Origin: Candidatus Fermentithermobacillaceae bacterium
Lineage (GTDB): Bacteria > Bacillota > Sulfobacillia > Fermentithermobacillales > DUSS01
Reading direction: 5' to 3'
DNA: 64,000 nt
NCBI GenBank assembly: GCA_020725645.1
Contig: DYEQ01000076.1
Location: 7,206 to 71,205 of the forward strand
How positions within the stretch are numbered: the stretch's first letter is position 1; every line of letters starts with the position of its first letter. The translations under genes were made by a program, and so were the position numbers. Shown here one piece after another: positions 10,732 through 20,713 of the stretch. A model generated the notes under the pieces. The model was not told the origin of the DNA, ran no database searches, and saw only the letters and a program-made list of their open reading frames with translations.

Positions 10732-12048
10732 TCAGAACGGGAACTTCCCCGCCTTGTCCATGGAAGAAAGCTTGGACATCATCTTCCGGGCTTCGGAGAA
10801 CTGCTTCAGAAGTCTATTGACATCTTGCACCGAGGTTCCGCTTCCCTTAGCTATCCGCTTCTTCCTGGAACCGTCTATGATCTCCGGTCTTCTTCGTTCC
10901 TCCTTGGTCATGGACTGGATGATAGCTTCCACGCGCGTCCAGTCTTTGGGATCTACGTCGATGTTCAGTTTCGCCCGGGAGAAGCCGGGGATCATCCTCA
11001 GGATATCCCCGATGGAACCCATCTTCCGCATGTCCCTCATCTGCTCGAGGAAATCGTCCAGGGTAAACTGGTTTTTCCTGAGTTTGCGCTCGAACTCCCG
11101 CGCCTTCTCCTCGTCGATGGCTTCCTGAGCTTTTTCGATGAGGGTGAGTACATCGCCCATCCCCAGGATGCGCGAGGCCATTCTGTCCGGATGGAAGACC
11201 TCGAAATCCTCGAGCTTTTCCCCCTTCGAAGCGAACAAGACCGGCTTCCCCGTAACCTTGACGACGGATAAAGCGGCGCCGCCCCTCGCGTCGGAGTCAA
11301 GTTTGGTGAGGATTACCCCGGAAATCCCCACCTTCTCGTCGAACACCTGGGCGACCTTGCATGCCTCCTGACCCGTCATGGCGTCGACGACCAGGACCTT
11401 TTCCTGTGGCGCGGAGACCGAGGCGATTTTCCTGGCTTCTTCCATCATGTCTTCGTCGATTTGCAACCGTCCGGCGGTATCCAGGATAACCACGTCGTAG
11501 CCTTGCCTCCTCGCCTGAGCTATCCCCGCTCGGGCGATGTCTTCAGCTTCTGAATCGCCTCCCAGCGTGAAAAACCCTGCGCCGGCCTTCTGAGCTACGA
11601 TTTCGAGCTGCCTCTGAGCTGCCGGCCGCCAGACGTCGCAAGAAACGCACATCACATGCTTGCCCTGCTTTTTGAGGAGAAGGGCAAGCTTCCCGGCCGT
11701 CGTGGTTTTGCCTGAGCCCTGAAGTCCCAGCAGGAGGATTACCGCAGGAGGAGAACCGGTGAGGTTGAGCCGGCGCACATCCTTTCCCATTATGGCCGCA
11801 AGTTCTTCGTATACGATCTTGATTACCTGTTGAGCTGGGGTGAGGCTGGAAAGCACCTCTTCACCAACAGCTCGCTGGCGTATGTTCGAGATGAATTCTT
11901 TGACCACTTTATAGTTGACGTCGGCTTCTAGTAAGCTAAGCCTGACTTCCCGCAAAGCGGCATCAACGTCAGCTTCGGTGAGTTTTCCTTTTCCCCGCAG
12001 CTTTCTGAATATATCCGAAAGTTTCTGGGTCAGCCCCTCAAACGGCAC
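10732..12048 (-). CDS. ffh: signal recognition particle protein Ffh (SRP54)
   Basis: 438-aa ORF with an N domain, an SRP GTPase domain (LLLGLQGSGKTTTAGKLA, DTAGRL, TKLDSDARGG) and a Met-rich M domain (IQSMTKEERRRPEII). Confidence 0.95.
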   Translation of the reverse strand: MPFEGLTQKLSDIFRKLRGKGKLTEADVDAALREVRLSLLEADVNYKVVKEFISNIRQRAVGEEVLSSLTPAQQVIKIVYEELAAIMGKDVRRLNLTGSPPAVILLLGLQGSGKTTTAGKLALLLKKQGKHVMCVSCDVWRPAAQRQLEIVAQKAGAGFFTLGGDSEAEDIARAGIAQARRQGYDVVILDTAGRLQIDEDMMEEARKIASVSAPQEKVLVVDAMTGQEACKVAQVFDEKVGISGVILTKLDSDARGGAALSVVKVTGKPVLFASKGEKLEDFEVFHPDRMASRILGMGDVLTLIEKAQEAIDEEKAREFERKLRKNQFTLDDFLEQMRDMRKMGSIGDILRMIPGFSRAKLNIDVDPKDWTRVEAIIQSMTKEERRRPEIIDGSRKKRIAKGSGTSVQDVNRLLKQFSEARKMMSKLSSMDKAGKFPF

Positions 12049-12104
12049 ACCGTTTCACCTCCTCGTGTTCCCCCTGCGCCCTAACGCTCATCCGGTCCAG
12101 TTCA

Positions 12105-12560
12105 TCACCCGCTTGCAGTGGTCAGTTCCTTCAGCAGACGCAGAGCTTCCGCCTTTACCGATACCCAATTGGACTGGTCCATGGACTCGAGAAGCTTTTT
12201 TAACGTCTCGAATCTCCCGTTGACTTCCTGACTATACCGGAGAAAACCGATTTCCTGCTCGAACCTGTTGAGCGCCTCGACGCACGATTGGAAGGCATCC
12301 TGAGCCGCTCCTCTGGAGATGCCCAGTTCCCGCGCAATTTCCGAAAACGAAAGGTCCTCGTCGAGCTTGAGTGTCGCGACCTCCCTTTGCCTCGGTGACA
12401 AAAGGCCCTCGTAGAGGTCTTTTAGAAGCCCGAGCCTGGCCACTTCGTTCACGTCAGCGGTGCCACCCAGCCTAGCTGCCCTCCTTCTTGAAGCGGTGGT
12501 GTATGGGTCACGAGCAATACACCTTGCATTGTAGATGTACCGGTAGGGTGCAGTCAACAT
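12105..12560 (-). CDS. ylxM: YlxM/p13-like HTH protein (UPF0122) of the SRP operon; likely a shorter true start
   Basis: The YlxM-like core is present: LLKDLYEGLLSPRQREVATLKLDEDLSFSEIARELGISRGAAQDAFQSCVEALNRFEQE. It sits between ffh and ftsY. The ORF carries about 45 extra C-terminal residues, and the 5' start is ambiguous (a GTG at VNEVARL is possible). Confidence 0.65.
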   Translation of the reverse strand: MLTAPYRYIYNARCIARDPYTTASRRRAARLGGTADVNEVARLGLLKDLYEGLLSPRQREVATLKLDEDLSFSEIARELGISRGAAQDAFQSCVEALNRFEQEIGFLRYSQEVNGRFETLKKLLESMDQSNWVSVKAEALRLLKELTTASG

Positions 12561-12786
12561 CTTTCGTCGGCGGATTGTTATCGGCCAATGACGTTATCAC
12601 CCCAATAGCGCCCGAAGAAATGTCACCGTGGCGAAAGGGCCCGCTTTCTTAATCTCAACACTCTCACCCAGATGCGACGTAGGAAGAGTTCACGCTATGG
12701 AACAGGTGGTTTTAGGCGCAAGAAGGAGTATTCCCTTCGGGTGCAAAAATGAATTGCAGTCCGGATTCATGGAAGGAGCGCAAACA

Positions 12787-14919
12787 ATGGGCAAAGTACA
12801 CATCCCGCCGGCGCCCGAGGCCCCGCAAAAGATCGTGGTGGACATGGTCCACGGTCAACGCATCGAAGATCCGTTCCGCTGGCTTGAGGACAGCGACAGC
12901 CCCGAGACGGTGAAATGGACCTCGAAGCAAAACGAGCGCACCAGCGCGGTGCTAGACAGCCTCCCGTGGAAGGCCGGGATCAAGGACGAACTTTACGATC
13001 TCCTTTCCCGCGAAATAGTGGGATCGGTCAAAAAGCGCGGTTCTAAGCTGTTTTTCCTTCGCCGGAGGGCGGGCATGAACCAGCCCATCCTGTGCGTGAT
13101 GGACGAGACGACCCGGAAAGAATGGGTGCTTCTCGACCCGAACAAAGAGAGCGACCGGGGGCTCGTCGCCCTGGACTGGTGGCATCCCTCGCCCGACGGC
13201 AAGCTCCTCGCCTACGGCTATTCCGAAAAGGGTGACGAGTGGAGCGTGCTCCGTATTCTCGACATCGTGACGGGAGAGCGTCTACCCGATCGAATAGAGA
13301 GGACGAGGTACTCCAGCGTCGCCTGGGACCGGGACGGAAAGGGTTTCTATTACACCCGCTATCCCCGGCCCGGACAGGTTCCGGCAGGCGACGAAAACTA
13401 CTACAGCCGGGTCTTCTACCATGAGCTAGGCGACAACCCGGCCAACGACCCCCTTGTTTTCGGTGAGGGCAGAAGAAAAGAGGACATGTTCGGGGTTGAA
13501 TACTCGGACGACGGCCGCTACCTATTCGTTTCGGCAAGCTCCGGTTGGACCAGGACCGACCTTTATTTCCGGAACGCGTCGGACCCGGAAATTTCCAGAA
13601 CGGCGCCGTTCATCCCGGTGATCGAAGGCGAAGAGGCCCTGTCCAGCGGTATAAGCACTGGTGACACCCTCTACCTCATGACTAATCACCGGGCCCCCAG
13701 GTACCGCATAGTCAAGGTGGACCTCAGAAATCCCTCCCGCGACCGTTGGGAGGAGATCGTGCCGGAACCGGAGGACATGACTCTGACCGCCTTTGGCGTT
13801 GCCCAAGACCGCCTCGTACTCGTGGCGATGAAAGATGCCGTATTCCGCCTGTACCTGGGAAATCTTGATGGGAACGATTTACAGGAAATCTCCCTCCCTG
13901 ATCTGGGCACGGTCACGAATGTGGCTTCGCGGACCGACAGCCCCATAGTCTACGTCGAATTCCAATCCTTTACGATGGCCCCATCCATCTTTCGACTCGA
14001 CACCCGGACCGGACGGATCGAGCTTTTCCTCCAGAGCGAACAGGCGGTCAAACCCGGAGAGATCGCGGTTCGGCAGGTCTTCTACCCGTCAAAAGACGGG
14101 ACGAAGGTCCCCATGTTCATCCTCCATAGCAAGGACATCCCGGCGGGCAAAACGGCCCCGCATCGCAAGGAAGGGGCTTCCGGCGCCAGCGCCGGGCCGG
14201 GACTGGCCCCGGACGTCCATCCGTTGCCCACAGTCCTCACCGGCTACGGCGGCTTCAACCTCGCCCGCACCCCGATGTACTCCGCTACTATCGTCCCCTG
14301 GCTGAGAAAGGGTGGGGTGTATGCGGTAGCAAATCTTCGAGGCGGAAGCGAGTACGGCGAAGAGTGGCACAGGGCCGGGATGCTCGATAAAAAGCAAAAC
14401 GTTTTCGATGACTTCGTTGCAGCTGCCGAATACCTGATAAACGAAGGATACACTTCCCGCGATAAACTAGGCATCATAGGCGGCTCTAACGGTGGTCTCC
14501 TGATGGGAGCGGCTCTGACCCAGCGACCAGACCTCTTTAAGGCCGTCGTGTGCCTGGTTCCCCTCCTCGACATGGTGAGGTACCACCTGTACCACATCGC
14601 CAAACTGTGGATATCTGAATACGGTGACCCGGATAACCCGGAGCACTTCCCGTGGTTGTACGCTTACTCACCTTACCACCACGTCGAGGCGGGGGTTGAA
14701 TATCCCGCGGTCTATCTCCGAACCGCCTTGTCGGACACCAGGGTCCACCCGATGCACGCGAGGAAAATGGCGGCCAAACTCCAGGCCCTGTCCCCTGACA
14801 CGCTGACCCTTCTCCGGGTTGAGTCCGAAGCCGGACACGGTCAGGGGAAACCCGTGAGCAAGGTGGTAGAAGCCGAGGCCGAGTCGTGGGCGTTTCTCGA
14901 GTGGATGCTTATGCGCTGA
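12787..14919 (+). CDS. prolyl oligopeptidase (peptidase S9A)
   Basis: The start is ATG 12787, preceded by GGAAGGAG. The N-terminus reads IVVDMVHGQRIEDPFRWLED, followed by a beta-propeller region and a C-terminal alpha/beta hydrolase domain with the GGSNGGLLMGAALTQRPDLF Ser motif and a DTRVHPMHARK/GHG region. It is inserted inside the ffh-ylxM/ftsY-smc block. Confidence 0.85.
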   Translation: MGKVHIPPAPEAPQKIVVDMVHGQRIEDPFRWLEDSDSPETVKWTSKQNERTSAVLDSLPWKAGIKDELYDLLSREIVGSVKKRGSKLFFLRRRAGMNQPILCVMDETTRKEWVLLDPNKESDRGLVALDWWHPSPDGKLLAYGYSEKGDEWSVLRILDIVTGERLPDRIERTRYSSVAWDRDGKGFYYTRYPRPGQVPAGDENYYSRVFYHELGDNPANDPLVFGEGRRKEDMFGVEYSDDGRYLFVSASSGWTRTDLYFRNASDPEISRTAPFIPVIEGEEALSSGISTGDTLYLMTNHRAPRYRIVKVDLRNPSRDRWEEIVPEPEDMTLTAFGVAQDRLVLVAMKDAVFRLYLGNLDGNDLQEISLPDLGTVTNVASRTDSPIVYVEFQSFTMAPSIFRLDTRTGRIELFLQSEQAVKPGEIAVRQVFYPSKDGTKVPMFILHSKDIPAGKTAPHRKEGASGASAGPGLAPDVHPLPTVLTGYGGFNLARTPMYSATIVPWLRKGGVYAVANLRGGSEYGEEWHRAGMLDKKQNVFDDFVAAAEYLINEGYTSRDKLGIIGGSNGGLLMGAALTQRPDLFKAVVCLVPLLDMVRYHLYHIAKLWISEYGDPDNPEHFPWLYAYSPYHHVEAGVEYPAVYLRTALSDTRVHPMHARKMAAKLQALSPDTLTLLRVESEAGHGQGKPVSKVVEAEAESWAFLEWMLMR

Positions 14920-15095
14920 CCCTACCCGGAAACGACCGGCATGCTGGATGGATCGACGGCCGCCATCCCGTGGCGGAGCGGCATCCTGTAGCGCTCGATG
15001 CGCAGGTCCTCCCGCCCGGCGAGGCAACTGTCCGGACGACATGATGTGAAGTGCCATTAACCGTGGTCGGACAGCTTTCCTGGTCTCCGGTGGGC

Positions 15096-16019
15096 CTAAT
15101 CGTCTCGCCCCCCGGCGAAAAGAGCTTTGGCGAAGTCGGCGGGGGCGAAATCTTTGAGGTCGTCCAGTCCTTCGCCCACGCCTACCAGTTTGATGGGAAG
15201 GCCGAGCTCGCCAGCGATAGCTACAGCTATGCCGCCTTTGGCGGAGCCATCGAGTTTGGTGAGGACAACCCCGGTGACCCCCACCGCTTCCGTGAAGGCA
15301 CGGGCCTGAACCAGGCCGTTTTGGCCGGTCGTGCCATCGATGACGAGAAGGACTTCGTGGGGGGCACCGGGGACCTCCCTGGCGACAACCCTAACTACTT
15401 TTCTCAGCTCTTCCATCAGGTTTTTCTTGGTATGGAGCCTTCCCGCCGTATCCACAACTAGCAGGTCCCTCCGCCGGGCTAAAGCAGCGTGAGCTGCATC
15501 AAAGGCCACCGCCGCCGGGTCGGAACCCTCCTGGTGCTTGATGACCTCCATGCCAACCCTTCTCGACCACACTTCCAGCTGGTCTATAGCCGCCGCTCTA
15601 AACGTATCGCACGCGGCAGCTATCGCGGTCTTCCCCTGCGTAGTCCACCTGTATGCGAGTTTGGCCGCCGTGGTGGTCTTGCCTGAACCATTCACGCCCA
15701 CAAGAAGGTACACCGTCGGGGGAGAATCAGAAACCTGAAGCGGCTTTGATATTGTGCTCAGTATGGCAGCAACTTTCTCCTCGATCAGGCATGCCAGCCC
15801 GCTGGGATCCTGGATTTTCTCCCGTCTGGCCCTCTCTCTGACTTCCTCCACTATCTCCCCGGCAGCTTTAACCCCCACGTCCACCTGTATCAAGAGGGCC
15901 TCGAGCTCCTCGAAGGATTCCGGCCCAATCGCCCCAGGGCTGAAAGCTCTGTCTATTCCTTCCCGCAGAAAAGCGGAAGTTTTGCTCAGGGACGCTTTCA
16001 GTTTCTCGAACAATCCCAT
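15096..16019 (-). CDS. ftsY: signal recognition particle receptor FtsY
   Basis: The start MGLFEKLKASLSKT is at 16019, with RBS AGGTGA. The SRP GTPase motifs LLVGVNGSGKTTTAAKLA, VDTAGRLH and TKLDGSAKGG are present. The track ORF extends 61 codons upstream without homology. Confidence 0.9.
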   Translation of the reverse strand: MGLFEKLKASLSKTSAFLREGIDRAFSPGAIGPESFEELEALLIQVDVGVKAAGEIVEEVRERARREKIQDPSGLACLIEEKVAAILSTISKPLQVSDSPPTVYLLVGVNGSGKTTTAAKLAYRWTTQGKTAIAAACDTFRAAAIDQLEVWSRRVGMEVIKHQEGSDPAAVAFDAAHAALARRRDLLVVDTAGRLHTKKNLMEELRKVVRVVAREVPGAPHEVLLVIDGTTGQNGLVQARAFTEAVGVTGVVLTKLDGSAKGGIAVAIAGELGLPIKLVGVGEGLDDLKDFAPADFAKALFAGGRDD

Positions 16020-16203
16020 GTCTTTCACCTGCTGTCCAAGCTTCTCGGTACGACCGGTTGGATCGCTTCTGCCGCACACCCCAGGCTGCCCAGATGGTAA
16101 AACCCTTGCTGAAGCTGAGTGGCCGGGGCCCGTTACACCGCCCCAAGCTTCACTCTTTGAAACAGCTAATAATCTAAGCTGGCTCAACTGGGTGGGCGGC
16201 ACC

Positions 16204-19200
16204 TTACACGGCTTCCAGTCTTATCCCAAGGATTTTAGAGACCCCCGGTTCATCCATGGTGACCCCGTACACCACGTCCGCCGCCTCGATGGTGGGCTTT
16301 TGGTGAGTGATCACCAGAAACTGAGTATCCCTGGAAAGCCGCCTCAAGAATTCGCCGAACCTGAGGACGTTCGTCTCGTCCAGGGAGGTGTCCACCTCGT
16401 CCAGGACGACGAAGGGCGAAGGCTTCGTCTTAATCAGCGCAAAGATGAGAGCTAGCCCGGTCAGAGAGCGCTCCCCGCCGGAAAGGAGTATGAACGACCT
16501 TCCCCGTGAACCCGGAGGCTGGGCGATGACCTCTATTCCCTTTTCATCCTCGGTTAGGCGCAGGTCCCCTTTCCCACCGCCGAAGAGCTCCGTGAAGATC
16601 TCTCTGAAGCTGGACCTCACCTGCTCGAAGGTTTCCCTGAACCTCCTCTCCATCTCCCGCTCGGCAAGCTCCTTTATGCGGATGAGCTCCTCTTTGGTCT
16701 TAAGCGCTTCCTCTTTCTCCCTTATGTACTGGAAAATGCGCCTGTCCAGCGCTTCGTATTCCTCCTCGGCCCTCAAGTTCGGTTGGCCGAGGGACTTGAT
16801 TTCCGCGTCTATTCCCTCAATTAGGGAGAGAGCTTCGCTCCGCGCGTAACGCCGGATGTGTCCGCTTAAATCGGGGTCAATTCCGTATTCTTTCCGCAGG
16901 ATCACAGCCACGCGTTCCACTTCCTGCGTCTGGCTCGCGATCTCAGCTCTCATCTCTTCCATCTTGGACGAAGCTTCGGCGGCGTCCCTCTTCAGCCGGT
17001 AGATTTCGTTTACGAGTTCCCCAAGAGCTCGTTCCTTTTCCTCAATAGATGAACGCATAGATACGATTTTCCCGTTGAGCTCCCGGACTTCACGGTCCAG
17101 CTCGTCTATGGACATCTCGAGGTCAGCGTGTTTTTTCACGAGCTCTTCTTTCTCCTCGATAAGGCGGCAGAGTTCAGCTTGCTCTTCGGAAAGGGTTCGC
17201 CTGACTGAGTTTGTTTCGACCTCAATGGATTCCAGCCTGCGGTCTGCAGCTGCGATCTCCGCCTCCAGGTTCTCCCGTTCGCGAGTGAGCTCTTCCCACA
17301 GACTGGCTGTGGCATGTTGGGTATCTTTCTCCCTGAGCTCTTCCTCGTACCGGCGAAGTTCCGCCCAGGCGCGGTCGAGTTCCTTCTCGAGCGCCCCCTC
17401 CTCGCCGGCGGATTCCCGGAAAAGGCTTTCCGCCTGTGTGAGAGCATCTTTCCTCAAAGCGAGCTCCTCCGTCAGCGTTCGGACCCTGTCCTCGTCGTCC
17501 GCCACCGCCCGCGATAGACGGGAGATCTCATCCGTCAGGGCGGTAAGCTTAGCTTCAGCTGCCTGGATCCGAGCTTTGTACGAGTCACGCTCCTGGAGAG
17601 CTTTGCTCCTCGCCGCCTCGAGTTCCCCTAGACGCCCCGCCAACGTTTCAAGGGCCGCCGTAAGGCGCTTTTCCTCTTCGCTTAAGGAAAGAAGTTCCTG
17701 CTTTCTTTCGAAAACCTGAGCGTGCCGGGGTGCGTCCCCTCCGGAAATGCTGCCACCCGGCTCGAGGCTCTCGCCGGTGAGCGTGACCACACGGCACGAC
17801 CAGCCGGCCTTCCGCATGAATTCGAGCCCCGTATCCATGTTTTCCGCCAGGACCACGCGACCGACCAGGTACTTCACTGCCTTCTCGATTTCCCTTGGAT
17901 ACGAGATCACGTCCATAAGCGGCCGTACGCCTTTGACGTGTACCATAGCTCTCCTGGCTTCTTCCGGAAGATCCCTGGGTCTCAAGAGGTCCAGCGGAAG
18001 GAAGGTGACCCGCCCGGCCTTTTCTTTTCTTAAGAGCTCGATAGCCCGGCGGGCGGACATCTCATCTTCGACCACTACGTTTTCGACGCTGCCCCCCAGA
18101 GCGGCAGCAAGGGCTGGTATGTACTTCTTATCGCAGGATAAAAGCTCTCCGACCGCGCCCACGATGCCCTCGAGGACACCCCGGGCCGCCGCATCCAGAA
18201 CCGTCCTCGTCCCCTTACCCAGTCCTTCGTGAGCTCTCTCGAGGTCGCCGAGAATTCGGACTCTCGCGGATACGCGGGACAGTTCCGTCCTGGTCGCTTT
18301 TTCCTTCTCAGACGCATTTTTCACTTGTTCGGCGAGTTCCTCGACAGCTCGCGCGCACCTTTCAAACTCCCCTCGCAGAGACCGGAGGGATCTGGAAATC
18401 GCATCGACCTCATCCTGAAGTTCCTGCTGTCGCGACCTGGACGTCTCGATGGACCTGGTTGCCCCCGATATCTCTGTCTCCAGGGATAACACCTGAGCTC
18501 TGAGACGCTCGACTTCAGCTCTCCGTGCATCCCTTTTCTCCTGGGCTTCCCTGAGTTTTTCTACGAGGGCCACCGTGTTTTGCCTTAGAGCTACGATTTT
18601 CTCCCTGAGAGCACCTGCCTCCCGCTCCCGGGCCTTCTTCTCCTCTTCTATCTCGTCTATCTGCTCCAACAGTGAATCACGTTTGGACAGAAGCTCGTTT
18701 TTTCTTTGAAGAATCGCCCCTTTTTCGGCGACGAGCTTCCGGGCGTTTTCCGCCAGAGCTTTACACCTCGCGGTCCTCCCCTCGATTTCCTTACCGAGAG
18801 CTTCAACCATTCCACCGAGGCCGTCCCTTTGCCGGGTAAGCTCCACCAGTCTCCTGGATATCTTCTCCCGCTCGGCGGAGGTGACTTGCTCAAACTCCTT
18901 TTGAGATGCGATCCCTCGTTCCAAACCGGCCCTGGATGACTCCAGTTCACCAACCTTCGTTCCGGCCTCTTTCACCAACACCTCAGCATCGGAAAGCTTC
19001 TTGCCCAGGCTTTGAAGTTTCCGTCCGGCATGCTCAAGGTCCCACAGCCACGTGCCAGCTTCCAGTTCTTTTCTGGACGCCATAAGCTCTCTATATCTTT
19101 TGGCGATGCGACAGGCCTCTTCGAGTTCTGCCCGCCGGGCTTCGAGTTCCAGGAGCAGATCTTCGAGGCGTCGTAACTCCACGTCGATTTGTTCGAGTCT

Positions 19201-19716
19201 CCTCTCGGTCTCTCGCTTTTCCATCCGGAACGCCCCGATACCGGCCGCCTCTTCCACCCACTGCCGTCTATCTTCTGCGTGACCCCCGGCCAATTCGTGG
19301 ATGACGCCCTGCCCGATCACCACATATCCGGAGTAGGAGAGGCCCATATCGGCTGTGGTCTTGATTATGTCGCGCCAGCGGCAGGGTGCACCGTTCATCT
19401 CGTATGAAGAGTCGCCATCTCTCGTAAGTCTCCTGGTGATCTCCAGTTCCGAACCCCGGGGAGTTTCCATCAGGAGCTTGACCTCGGCCATCCCCATAGC
19501 TTTCCTGCGCTCGGTCCCGGAAAAGATGACGTCCTGAGAAGCATCGCATCTCAATACCTTGGGATTTTGCTCCCCTAGAACCCACCGGAGCGCATCGACC
19601 AGGTTAGACTTGCCGCAGCCATTGGGCCCCACAATGGCGGTGACCCCGGGACTCAGCGATAAACTGGTCCTGTGATAAAACGATTTAAACCCGTGCAGGG
19701 TGAGGCTTTTCAGCAA
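16204..19716 (-). CDS. smc: chromosome condensation/segregation ATPase SMC
   Basis: 1170-aa ORF with a Walker A N-terminus (MLKSLTLHGFKSF...GPNGCGKSNLVDALRWVLGE), long coiled coils, a hinge, and a C-terminal signature/Walker B region (LSGGERSLTGLALIFAL...VLDEVDTSLD). Confidence 0.95.
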   Translation of the reverse strand: MLKSLTLHGFKSFYHRTSLSLSPGVTAIVGPNGCGKSNLVDALRWVLGEQNPKVLRCDASQDVIFSGTERRKAMGMAEVKLLMETPRGSELEITRRLTRDGDSSYEMNGAPCRWRDIIKTTADMGLSYSGYVVIGQGVIHELAGGHAEDRRQWVEEAAGIGAFRMEKRETERRLEQIDVELRRLEDLLLELEARRAELEEACRIAKRYRELMASRKELEAGTWLWDLEHAGRKLQSLGKKLSDAEVLVKEAGTKVGELESSRAGLERGIASQKEFEQVTSAEREKISRRLVELTRQRDGLGGMVEALGKEIEGRTARCKALAENARKLVAEKGAILQRKNELLSKRDSLLEQIDEIEEEKKAREREAGALREKIVALRQNTVALVEKLREAQEKRDARRAEVERLRAQVLSLETEISGATRSIETSRSRQQELQDEVDAISRSLRSLRGEFERCARAVEELAEQVKNASEKEKATRTELSRVSARVRILGDLERAHEGLGKGTRTVLDAAARGVLEGIVGAVGELLSCDKKYIPALAAALGGSVENVVVEDEMSARRAIELLRKEKAGRVTFLPLDLLRPRDLPEEARRAMVHVKGVRPLMDVISYPREIEKAVKYLVGRVVLAENMDTGLEFMRKAGWSCRVVTLTGESLEPGGSISGGDAPRHAQVFERKQELLSLSEEEKRLTAALETLAGRLGELEAARSKALQERDSYKARIQAAEAKLTALTDEISRLSRAVADDEDRVRTLTEELALRKDALTQAESLFRESAGEEGALEKELDRAWAELRRYEEELREKDTQHATASLWEELTRERENLEAEIAAADRRLESIEVETNSVRRTLSEEQAELCRLIEEKEELVKKHADLEMSIDELDREVRELNGKIVSMRSSIEEKERALGELVNEIYRLKRDAAEASSKMEEMRAEIASQTQEVERVAVILRKEYGIDPDLSGHIRRYARSEALSLIEGIDAEIKSLGQPNLRAEEEYEALDRRIFQYIREKEEALKTKEELIRIKELAEREMERRFRETFEQVRSSFREIFTELFGGGKGDLRLTEDEKGIEVIAQPPGSRGRSFILLSGGERSLTGLALIFALIKTKPSPFVVLDEVDTSLDETNVLRFGEFLRRLSRDTQFLVITHQKPTIEAADVVYGVTMDEPGVSKILGIRLEAV

Positions 19717-19965
19717 TCCGGTCTCTCCTCAGATCTTCACGTTTACTGATTTAGGATACACGACGTAGGAACCAATTTGAAGCGTCTCGTGACGTTCGTA
19801 CACTCCTCCCTCACTTCGATCATAAAGTGGGCATGTGGATACCTTCGTCCCAGCTGCACTTCGGGTTACATCGGTGTACTCCTCTAGACTCCACCATAAC
19901 ACCTGTAGTCGATTTACCCGTATTATGTAAAGGTTCCTTCGCCCGGCTCATCTAAGTGCTACACC

Positions 19966-20601
19966 ATGGACATGAATCCCAGAGACATCGATGAATACAG
20001 GGTCCTGCGAAAAATAGCTGCGCTCGTGATGGAAAACCCGAACATCACCGTACGGGAGATCGCTCAAAAACTTGGCTATGCCGAGGAGAAGTCCGTTTAT
20101 TACTGGCTTGAGAAAGCGAAATTCGCGGGAATCAAGGATTTCAGGAAGAGCGTGCTCACTGGAACAGTTCCGCCCGGCTTTTTTGCCGGCGACAGGGAAT
20201 CGAAGACACCTCTCAAGGACGTGACGCCCCTCAAGGACGCCCTGAGTTTGCTGGATCTCCCCGTTCGAGAACATTTTCCCATGAGAGCGCCCGGGGAGAG
20301 ACCTCTATCCCAATATCTTCCCGTCAGTTTCGCTCCCGGATCCTACCTGGTCCCCGCTCCAGAAGACCTGCCGGCGGGCTTGATACGCAAAGGTGATCTC
20401 CTTCTGATTGACGCTTCGTCGCCCGTCCAGTCCGGGGACTTAGTGATGGGCGTGTCGGAGACCGGAGAACCGCAGGTTCTGCGGAGATATGTAACCCCCC
20501 GGGGCGGTGAGGTTTTCGTGAACCTGGCAGACCCGGGCAATACGACCTCGCCGGCAACGGTGGCAGGGAAGATCATCCTGCTAATCAGGCTTGCACCGTA
20601 G
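19966..20601 (+). CDS. HTH transcriptional regulator with a C-terminal LexA/S24-like beta-domain (catalytic Ser/Lys dyad not evident)
   Basis: The N-terminal winged HTH reads REIAQKLGYAEEKSVYYWLEKAKFAG. The C-terminus resembles the S24 fold (GDLLLIDASSPVQSGDLVMGVSETGEPQVLRRYVTPRGGEVFVNLADPGN...GKIILLIR). The canonical GDSM Ser is replaced (PMRAPGE) and an Arg sits where the catalytic Lys is expected (VLRRY). Confidence 0.45.
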   Translation: MDMNPRDIDEYRVLRKIAALVMENPNITVREIAQKLGYAEEKSVYYWLEKAKFAGIKDFRKSVLTGTVPPGFFAGDRESKTPLKDVTPLKDALSLLDLPVREHFPMRAPGERPLSQYLPVSFAPGSYLVPAPEDLPAGLIRKGDLLLIDASSPVQSGDLVMGVSETGEPQVLRRYVTPRGGEVFVNLADPGNTTSPATVAGKIILLIRLAP

Positions 20602-20713
20602 ACTGCTCGCAATACTAGTAACATCACTGCTGGGCGATCTCGGGGTGTAGTTTCGCTGAAGGTGACTTGAACCCTAGACTGGTCGCTATAGCAGCATCAC
20701 CCGCGAGTGAAGG

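Noticed and set aside
17075-17719. 214-aa Ser/Arg-rich + strand ORF
   Set aside because: It is antisense to the smc coiled-coil region; the low-complexity translation reflects the codon bias of the real gene.
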